55,915 nt of DNA from Acidimicrobiia bacterium. Its GTDB lineage: Bacteria; Actinomycetota; Acidimicrobiia; IMCC26256; PALSA-555. The notes below the pieces were generated by a model. That model was not told the DNA's origin and did no database searches. It worked only from the letters and a program-made list of their open reading frames with translations. The position numbers and the translations under genes were made by a program. Positions 49,544-55,915 of the stretch are shown here, piece after piece. Within the stretch, counting starts at the first letter, position 1. Every line of letters starts with the position of its first letter. The stretch spans positions 1 to 55,915 of the forward strand of contig JAWOIO010000043.1 in NCBI GenBank assembly GCA_046484625.1, written 5' to 3'.

Positions 49544-51314
49544 AGGGCGACGAGGCGCCGGTCCCCATCCACGAGTCGTAGAGGGCGGAGTACGTGCCAC
49601 CGGCGGCGATGAGGTCGTCGTGGTGCCCGATCTCGGCGATGCGGCCGCCCTGGACCACCGCGACCCGGTCGGCACGTGCCGATGTCGAGAGCCGATGGGC
49701 GATGACCACGACGGTGCGCCCTGCCATCAGCCGTTCGATCGAGTGGCCGACGAGCAGCTCGGTGCCCGGGTCCAGGCTCGAGGTCGCCTCGTCGAGGACG
49801 ATGACGTCGGGATCGGCGAGTGCCGATCGCACGAGCGAGACGAGCTGTCGCTCCCCGGAGGAGAAGTTGGCGCCGCGCTCGCGCACGAGGGTGTCGAGGC
49901 CATCGGGGAACGCCGCGAAGTGGGGGGCGAGGTCCAGCACCTCGATCGCGTGCTCGACCTCGGCGTCGGTCGCGTCGGGCTGCGCGATGAGCAGGTTGTC
50001 GCGGATGGTGCCACCGAAGAGGAAGCCCTCCTGGGGGACGACGACGATCCGGGAACGCAACGAGCGCTTGGTGGTGTCGCGCAGGTCCACACCGCCGTAG
50101 CTGACCGATCCGGACACCGGGTCGTAGAAGCGGACCATGAGCTTCGCGAGGGTGGACTTCCCGGCGCCGGTCGGCCCCACGAGGGCGACGCGCTCACCGG
50201 CGGCCACCGTGAGCGAGACATCGTCGAGCACCAGGGGGCCGTCGCGGTAGCGGAACGACGCATGGTCGACGACGAGCGCCCCCCGGTCGGGGAGGTCGCG
50301 GGCGCCGGGGTGATCGTCGACCGCGACCGGCTCGTCGAGCAGGTCGTAGAGCTTCGCCAGCGCGGCGCCCGCCGCCTGCAACGTGTTGAACAGCTGGCTC
50401 ATCTGCTGGATCGGCTCGAACAGGTTCTGCTGGTAGAGGACGAACGCTGCGAGGGTCCCGACGGTGACGACGTCCTGCCCGGTGAGGTACCCACCGAAGA
50501 GGAGGATGATCGCGATGGAGGTCCCCTGACACAGCTCGAGGATCGTCGTGAAGCGCGCGGTGATCGCCTCGGCGTGCAGGTTGGTGCGGAACTGGCGGTC
50601 GTTCGTCTCCCGGAACTTGTGCCGGAACACGTCCTCCTGGTTGAAGCCCTGGACCACCCGTACCCCGGCGATGCCCTCCTGGAACGAGGAGAGCGTCCCG
50701 CCCACCCGGTCGCGCAGCGCGAGGTAGGCGAGGTTCGACGCCCGCCGGAACCAGCGGGCCGCGAGCACCACCACCGGGACGACCACGAGCACGCCGAGCG
50801 CCAGCTGCCAGCTCATGCCGATCATCACGACGATGGCGCCGAAGAACACCAGCATGTTCACCACGAACATCGAGAGTCCCTGGGAGACCAGCTCCTGGAG
50901 GCTCTCGACGTCGGCCGTCATGCGCGACACGAGATCCCCGGTGCGGGACCGGTCGTAGAACTCGAGCGACAGCCGCATCTGGTGGTCGAAGACCATCTCC
51001 CGCAACGACCGCAGGAAGCCTTCGCCGAGGCGTGCGACGAGGAGGATCGTGAGGCGCCCGAACCCGTAGACCGCCGCGATCGCGACGAGAAACGCGACGG
51101 CGGCGAGGTTGAGCGCGCCGAGGTCCTCTGCCCGCACGCCCTCGTCGATCCCGACGCGGATGATCGCGGGCGCGGCCAGCGTGCCGGCTGCCTGGAGCAG
51201 CGCACCCAGGCTTGCGAGCGCGAGCAGGCCGCGGACGGGACGGAGCAGGCGAACGGTCCGCCGGAAGACGAGCTGCTTGACCTCCCGGGGAAGGCGTTGC
51301 TCCGTCATGGTCAC
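49542..51314 (-). CDS. ABC exporter, fused permease/ATPase (half-transporter B)
   Basis: 590 aa with a 6-TM domain, then GPTGAGKST, FSSGERQ and VIVLDEATS. It overlaps the upstream partner by 4 nt. Confidence 0.93.
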   Translation of the reverse strand: MTMTEQRLPREVKQLVFRRTVRLLRPVRGLLALASLGALLQAAGTLAAPAIIRVGIDEGVRAEDLGALNLAAVAFLVAIAAVYGFGRLTILLVARLGEGFLRSLREMVFDHQMRLSLEFYDRSRTGDLVSRMTADVESLQELVSQGLSMFVVNMLVFFGAIVVMIGMSWQLALGVLVVVPVVVLAARWFRRASNLAYLALRDRVGGTLSSFQEGIAGVRVVQGFNQEDVFRHKFRETNDRQFRTNLHAEAITARFTTILELCQGTSIAIILLFGGYLTGQDVVTVGTLAAFVLYQQNLFEPIQQMSQLFNTLQAAGAALAKLYDLLDEPVAVDDHPGARDLPDRGALVVDHASFRYRDGPLVLDDVSLTVAAGERVALVGPTGAGKSTLAKLMVRFYDPVSGSVSYGGVDLRDTTKRSLRSRIVVVPQEGFLFGGTIRDNLLIAQPDATDAEVEHAIEVLDLAPHFAAFPDGLDTLVRERGANFSSGERQLVSLVRSALADPDVIVLDEATSSLDPGTELLVGHSIERLMAGRTVVVIAHRLSTSARADRVAVVQGGRIAEIGHHDDLIAAGGTYSALYDSWMGTGASSP

Positions 51315-53101
51315 GGGGCCACCTCCTCGGGCTCAGGCCCCGAACCGTCCGCGATCGTCGCTTCCGCGAGCGCCTCGGCTTCGGCGAGGACCTCGCGGTA
51401 GCGAGCCGACGTGCGGAGGAGCTCGTCGTGGGTGCCCTCGGCATCGACACGGCCTTCGTCGAGCAGCACGACCCGATCGGCGAGGGCGATCGTGGCGGGA
51501 CGATGGGCGATGATGATCGTGGTCCGACCGCGCATCACCTCTCCGAGCGCGTCGCGGATCGCGTGCTCCTTGGTCGGGTCCACCGACGACGTCGCGTCGT
51601 CGAGGATCAGGATCCGGGGGTCGGCGACGATCGCTCGTGCGATCGCGACCCGTTGCCGCTGACCGCCGGACAGCGAGTATCCGTGCTCACCGAGCAACGT
51701 GTCGTACCCGTCGGGCAGGGCTGCGACGAAGTCCTGACAGCCCGCGAGGCGCGCCGCGCGCTCGATGGCGTGCTCGGGCGCGTCCTCGTCGGCAAACGCG
51801 ATGTTGGCCCGAACCGAGTCGGAGAAGAGGAACGTCTCTTCGAACACCATGGACACCGCGTCGCGCAGCGACGCCAGCTCGACGTCCCGCACGTCCACGC
51901 CGTCGATCAAGACGCGTCCGGCCTGCACGTCGTAGAACCGGGGGACGAGTCGGGCGACCGTCGACTTGCCCGAGCTCGTGGGGCCGACGACGGCGATGGA
52001 CTCGCCTGGCCGGATGACGAGGTCGAGGTCGCGGAGGACCGGCACATCCGAGAGGTATCCGAACGTCACCCCTTCGAACCGGATCTCTCCGGCTCCGCCG
52101 GGGAGAGCCATGGCACCGGGTCGATCCGACACCTCGGTCTCGGTCGCGAGGATCTCGTGGACCCGGCTGGCCGACGCGGACGCGCGCGCGAGCTGGGCGA
52201 CGAGGAAGCTCGTCATGCGCAGGGGGAACACGAGGAGCAGGACGTACGAGTTGAACGCGATGAGCGCGGCGACCGAGAGGTTCCCGTCGATCACCTGACG
52301 TCCGCCGACGACGAGCACCGCGACCAGGCCGAGCATCGGGATCGTCTCGAGCAAGGGGTTGAACAGACCTCGAAGACGGGCCAGCTCCATCCCGCGTCGG
52401 TACACGTGCGCGGCGGCGGTGCGCAGCCGATCGCTCTGGAGGTCCTCGGCGCCGAAGCCCTTCACGACCCGGATCCCAGAGACGCTCTCCTCCACGACGT
52501 GAGAGACCTCCGCGAGCGACTCCTGGAGCTGGTTCGCGACCGGGTGGACGCGCTGGGAGAACCGTGTCCCGGCGACGGCGAGGAACGGCAGCGCGATCAA
52601 CGACCACACGGCCAGCGTGCTGTTGAGGACGAAGAGCACGACCGCGACGCCGATGATCATCACGAAGTTCGCGCCGCCGACGGGGATGAAGACGAGCAGC
52701 ATCTGCACCTGCTTCGCGTCGGTGCTCACGCGCGCCATGAGCTCGCCGATCTCGGCGCGGTCGTGGTACCCGAAGTGCAGGCGCTGGAGGTGGTCGAAGA
52801 GCCGCCGGCGGAGCTCGGCCTCGGCCCGGAGCGAGATCTGGAAGGCGGAGTAGCGCCGGAGGAACGTGCACGCGCCGGTCACCACCGTCACCGCGAGGAT
52901 CGCGAGGCAGATCCGGAGCAGTGTGGGCCCGTCGTAGGGGTCGACACCCTGCTCGATCGCTTCGAGAGCGAGCAGCGGGATCGCGATCTTCGCCGCAGTC
53001 CACGCGAGCGCGGCGACGACACCGATCGCGATCCAGCGCCGGTTCGTGGTGCTGACCTCGCGCATGAGCTGCCAGCCGCCGCGCCCGTCGTCGGGTGTCA
53101 C
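51311..53101 (-). CDS. ABC exporter, fused permease/ATPase (half-transporter A)
   Basis: GPTSSGKST, LSGGQRQRVAIARA and ILILDDATS. I prefer GTG 53101 because GC3 collapses in the 22 codons between it and the track start at 53167. ATG 53065 is also possible. Confidence 0.9.
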   Translation of the reverse strand: MTPDDGRGGWQLMREVSTTNRRWIAIGVVAALAWTAAKIAIPLLALEAIEQGVDPYDGPTLLRICLAILAVTVVTGACTFLRRYSAFQISLRAEAELRRRLFDHLQRLHFGYHDRAEIGELMARVSTDAKQVQMLLVFIPVGGANFVMIIGVAVVLFVLNSTLAVWSLIALPFLAVAGTRFSQRVHPVANQLQESLAEVSHVVEESVSGIRVVKGFGAEDLQSDRLRTAAAHVYRRGMELARLRGLFNPLLETIPMLGLVAVLVVGGRQVIDGNLSVAALIAFNSYVLLLVFPLRMTSFLVAQLARASASASRVHEILATETEVSDRPGAMALPGGAGEIRFEGVTFGYLSDVPVLRDLDLVIRPGESIAVVGPTSSGKSTVARLVPRFYDVQAGRVLIDGVDVRDVELASLRDAVSMVFEETFLFSDSVRANIAFADEDAPEHAIERAARLAGCQDFVAALPDGYDTLLGEHGYSLSGGQRQRVAIARAIVADPRILILDDATSSVDPTKEHAIRDALGEVMRGRTTIIIAHRPATIALADRVVLLDEGRVDAEGTHDELLRTSARYREVLAEAEALAEATIADGSGPEPEEVAP

Positions 53102-53244
53102 GGCATCAGCTTCCGGAGCGGTTCGAGCACCTCGTCGGATACCCGGCCGAAGCGATCGGCCGCGCACGGGGACGGAGCGGACGGGGAGTGCATGAGGATG
53201 AGAGACTGGCCCACGTGGAGCGAGCCGTCGACTCGACCGCGCAC
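53098..53244 (-). CDS. possible small ORF (48 codons from GTG; frame open for 79 codons) coupled to ABC exporter
   Basis: Not in the track because it is under 60 aa from ATG/GTG/TTG. By my hand count about 70 of 79 third positions are G/C. Its TGA overlaps the exporter GTG (GTGA). No homology recognised. Confidence 0.35.
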   Translation of the reverse strand: MRGRVDGSLHVGQSLILMHSPSAPSPCAADRFGRVSDEVLEPLRKLMP

Positions 53245-53333
53245 GGCCGGGACGGAGTCCCGCGAGATCCGCAGCGCGCGCGGGACGCCGGGAATCTCCG
53301 AGGAGCGCGGGTACTGACCGCTCGGCGTCGGCC

Positions 53334-54200
53334 TCAGGCGGGCAGCGTGGGCCGGATGTCAGTTGCGAGGAACTCGATCACCGCGTTGCTGAACGCGTCG
53401 TTCTGGTCGCCGGCGACCATGTGGGCGGCATCGCCGACGTCGACGAGCCGCGACCCGGGGATCTTGTCGAGGAAGTCCTGCACGCCTTCCTCGGTCACCA
53501 CGTCGCTGAGCACACCTCGGACGAGGAGCGTGGGGACCCGGATGCCCCGCAGCGCAGCTTCGAAGATCGCCTGGAAGTCCTCGGTGGGGACCTCGGTCCG
53601 TCCGCGGCTGATGAACTTCGGGTCCCAGTGCCAGTACCACCTGCCGTCGGGCTTCTGACGCAGGACCTTCATCAGCCCGGCGGGGTTGACCCGCTTCGGA
53701 CGGTTGGGCGTGTACGCGGCGATCACCTCGGCCGCGTCCTCGAGCGTCGCGAAGCCTTCGAGCCCCGACGCCATGAAGTCGTGGATGCGCTGGATGCCCT
53801 CCGGGTTCGAGCGGTGGGTGATGTCGACGATCACGAGTCCGGAGGCCACGACCCGGTCGGAGCCGCCCTCGGCGATCATCGCGGCCACGCCCCCGAGGGA
53901 CGCGCCCACGAGCACCGGCGGTCGTCCGAGGGTGTCGGCGATCGCGACGGTGTCGGCCGCGAAGGCCGTGAACGAGTAGTCGGCGTTCATGGCCCATTCG
54001 CTGTCGCCGTGGCCGCGCAGGTCGAGGGAGACCGCCTTCCATCCCTGGGCCGCGAGCGAGTCGGCGGTCTTCCCCCACGCGTGACGGGTCTGGCCACCGC
54101 CGTGCATGAGGAGGACGGGCCAGGCGTCCTCGTCGCCGCGGACGTCGGCGACGAGGTGGATGCCCTCGAAGCCCTCGAAGCGCACGGTCCTCGGTTCCAT
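53334..54200 (-). CDS. alpha/beta hydrolase
   Basis: MEPRTVRFEGF...LLMHGGGQTRHAW, the nucleophile elbow GASLGG, and GDAAHMVAGD. ATG 54200 is chosen because GC3 is low between 54200 and 54257. Confidence 0.88.
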   Translation of the reverse strand: MEPRTVRFEGFEGIHLVADVRGDEDAWPVLLMHGGGQTRHAWGKTADSLAAQGWKAVSLDLRGHGDSEWAMNADYSFTAFAADTVAIADTLGRPPVLVGASLGGVAAMIAEGGSDRVVASGLVIVDITHRSNPEGIQRIHDFMASGLEGFATLEDAAEVIAAYTPNRPKRVNPAGLMKVLRQKPDGRWYWHWDPKFISRGRTEVPTEDFQAIFEAALRGIRVPTLLVRGVLSDVVTEEGVQDFLDKIPGSRLVDVGDAAHMVAGDQNDAFSNAVIEFLATDIRPTLPA

Positions 54201-54323
54201 CACCGCATCCTGACATGCGCGAAGGGACTTTCGACCTGTCGACATCGCAGGTCGCAACTCCTACGGTCACCCACAACCGAGATGTGTGAGCGAGACCGGG
54301 AGCGGGGTGATCCGTTGATTCGC

Positions 54324-54872
54324 ATGTGGAGTGTGGCGGCGGTCGTTGCCTTGGCGTTCCTGGTCCTCGGCGCGCCCGCTGCGGGCGCCGCCGACGCTGA
54401 CGGTTGCCGCGGGTCAGGGGTCTCGCTGGATGGAGACGGTCTCGAGATCGACTCCGCGTCCGCGCCCGGCCGGGGTGGGACGAAGGACGATCCCTTCGAC
54501 GTCACTACCGACGGTGAGGTGCAGTACGACTACGACGTGCAGGCGCCCGTCGCCGGGGGGACGTGGAAGGTCGAGATCGACACCGGGCTCTTCCCGATCA
54601 GCTTCGGGGGGGATATCAGCGACGACTCCGACCAGTCCGGGGCCGGGGTCGAGCAGCTGAAGGATCACCTGCAGATCGGAGGCTTCGCTCCCCTCACCGG
54701 CCTGCTGAAGGTCGATATCGAGGCAACCGGCCCCTCGGGGGGGACGTGCACGGTGAGCGGATGGCTGAAGATCCACGACTCCGTGTTCACCACGCCGGCG
54801 TTCTACCTCGGGCTGATCTTCGCGGTCCTGGGGATCTTCCTGCTCGGGTTCGGCATGGCGAGTCCGCTGTGA
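54324..54872 (+). CDS. secreted protein with C-terminal membrane anchor, function unknown
   Basis: Signal peptide MWSVAAVVALAFLVLGAPAAGAADA and a C-terminal TM (FYLGLIFAVLGIFLLGFG). It is the tail of track ORF 53421..54872. Confidence 0.65.
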   Translation: MWSVAAVVALAFLVLGAPAAGAADADGCRGSGVSLDGDGLEIDSASAPGRGGTKDDPFDVTTDGEVQYDYDVQAPVAGGTWKVEIDTGLFPISFGGDISDDSDQSGAGVEQLKDHLQIGGFAPLTGLLKVDIEATGPSGGTCTVSGWLKIHDSVFTTPAFYLGLIFAVLGIFLLGFGMASPL

Positions 54873-55492
54873 GCGCGGTGAAGCGTCACCCGATCCGGGG
54901 GTTCTTCGGCGGGCTGTTCCTCGGTCTCGGGGTCGCGCTGCTCCTGGTCGTGACCTCGCAGATCGCGCTCGGCACGCTGACCCCGCTCGTCGTCGTCGTG
55001 GTCGGGGTCGTCGTCGGTGTCGTGTGGGCGATGCTCGGACCCGCGCGTCCGAGACGCGATCGGAGCGATGTGGCACCGGCTCCGATCCCGATGCCGCCTC
55101 CGGCCGTCGAACCTGTCGCGGTCGTGGAGCCCGCCGACCACGTCGAAGCTCCTCCCGCTGACGCCCCTGGTGGTGAGCCGCCGGCGTCAGAGCTGTCGAG
55201 CGAAGAACTCGCACCGGAGGTCGACGCACTCGCGGGGTGGGTGCCCACTCACGCCGCGCCCGAGGGCGGGCTCGTCACCTATGCGGGCTCCGACGAGGGC
55301 GGCGGGGAGAGCGGGAGACTGGAGCCCGGCCTGCCGGTGCAGGTCACCGAACGCCAGGGCGACTGGGCGCGCATCGTGTGCTCGAACGGCTGGTCGGCCT
55401 GGGTCGACGCGAACCTCCTCGTTGAGCAGCCTGGGCTCGTCGAGCAGCCCGGGCTCGTCGAGCAGCCCGGGAGCGACGCCGACGAGGGCTGA
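54869..55492 (+). CDS. membrane protein with C-terminal SH3b-like domain
   Basis: GTG overlaps the upstream stop (GTGA). It has two TM helices, a Pro/Ala/Glu linker, and GLPVQVTERQGDWARIVCSNGWSAWVDANLL. It is the tail of track ORF 54563..55492. Confidence 0.7.
   Translation: MSAVKRHPIRGFFGGLFLGLGVALLLVVTSQIALGTLTPLVVVVVGVVVGVVWAMLGPARPRRDRSDVAPAPIPMPPPAVEPVAVVEPADHVEAPPADAPGGEPPASELSSEELAPEVDALAGWVPTHAAPEGGLVTYAGSDEGGGESGRLEPGLPVQVTERQGDWARIVCSNGWSAWVDANLLVEQPGLVEQPGLVEQPGSDADEG
55418..55471 (+). repeat. 18-nt coding tandem repeat x3 (LVEQPG)
   Basis: CTCGT(T/C)GAGCAGCC(T/C)GGG occurs three times at the 3' end of the SH3b gene. Confidence 0.85.
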
Positions 55493-55528
55493 TCGGCGTT
55501 CCCCGGCCGGCACAGGGAACCGGGATCG

Positions 55529-55915
55529 CTACCGGCTCGCGTTCAGGTCGTAGGTTCCGCTGAACTCCCCGTTCGTCACGTCCGTCGAGCCGTCCTGGGC
55601 GGGCAGCGATGCCGGACCGAATGCGTCGGCGACGAAGTCGGCGAGCCCCTGGGCCTGGGCCCGGCAGTCGTCGCCGAGCGAGCCGGCCGCCACGTCCACG
55701 GAGTCGACGCTGAACGTCGTGGTCGAGAAGGTGAGCGCGTAGCTGCGATTCGGCGGGTCGCCCGAGGCCGTCCCCGAGATCGTGAGCGAGAAGCTGCCCG
55801 AGACGTCGAGGTCGGAGAACCTCTCTCCAGTGCCCTGGTTGTAGCAGCCGCCGTCGAACGTCGCCGTTCCTTGACCCGTCCCGCTGATGGTGTCGCCGTC
55901 GACCGTGAACGATCC
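55529..55915 (-). CDS. C-terminal part of a hypothetical (probably secreted) protein; 5' end outside window
   Basis: An open minus-strand frame of 128 codons runs from the window edge to TAG (55531-55529): ...GSFTVDGDTISGTGQGTATFDGGCYNQ...CRAQAQGLADFV...DLNASR. GC3 is very high. It is absent from the track because no start lies in the window. Confidence 0.65.
   Translation of the reverse strand, partial: GSFTVDGDTISGTGQGTATFDGGCYNQGTGERFSDLDVSGSFSLTISGTASGDPPNRSYALTFSTTTFSVDSVDVAAGSLGDDCRAQAQGLADFVADAFGPASLPAQDGSTDVTNGEFSGTYDLNASR

Noticed and set aside
53095-53658. 187-aa plus-strand ORF spanning the exporter-hydrolase spacer.
   Set aside because: Its 3' two-thirds is antisense to the motif-bearing hydrolase gene. 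GC3 in the spacer part is clearly lower than that of the minus-strand frame reported as a candidate small ORF.

Overview
A 56-kb, very GC-rich (strong GC3 bias), gene-dense chromosomal segment. Gene content and many TANNNT-N6-7-start (leaderless-type) promoters suggest Actinomycetota. I support about 60 protein-coding genes and recognise no rRNA, tRNA, CRISPR, transposase or integrase. The left third is core metabolism: a B12-mutase fragment, sucCD, purN-purH-folD, icd, mdh and ogt. The main candidate system follows on the minus strand as an envelope-stress block: pspA, a 2-TM coiled-coil protein, two orphan solute-binding-fold exoproteins (one fused to vWA), and a CbxX-type AAA+ with a TerB-like N-terminus. 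After that come a glpD / FAD-oxidase / FGGY-kinase / sulfotransferase block and a divergent fused E1alpha-beta / lipoyl-domain-less E2 pair. Further right are a persulfide-dioxygenase/rhodanese operon, lipid-related genes, cspA, typA, two ABC operons, TauD and a TMEM175-type channel. Non-genic highlights: (1) a conserved ~54-nt palindromic element occurs three times, and two direct copies bracket the E1/E2 pair; (2) intergenic tandem duplications of 82, 29, 20 and 15 bp; (3) two gene remnants abut the 3' ends of ABC operons; (4) a small ORF absent from the track is coupled by GTGA to an ABC exporter. Most very long ORFs in the six-frame track are GC-driven shadow frames. CDS coordinates are anchored on the ORF track. 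Hand-counted coordinates of small motifs may be off by 1-2 nt. Family names come from motif recognition by eye, not from database searches.
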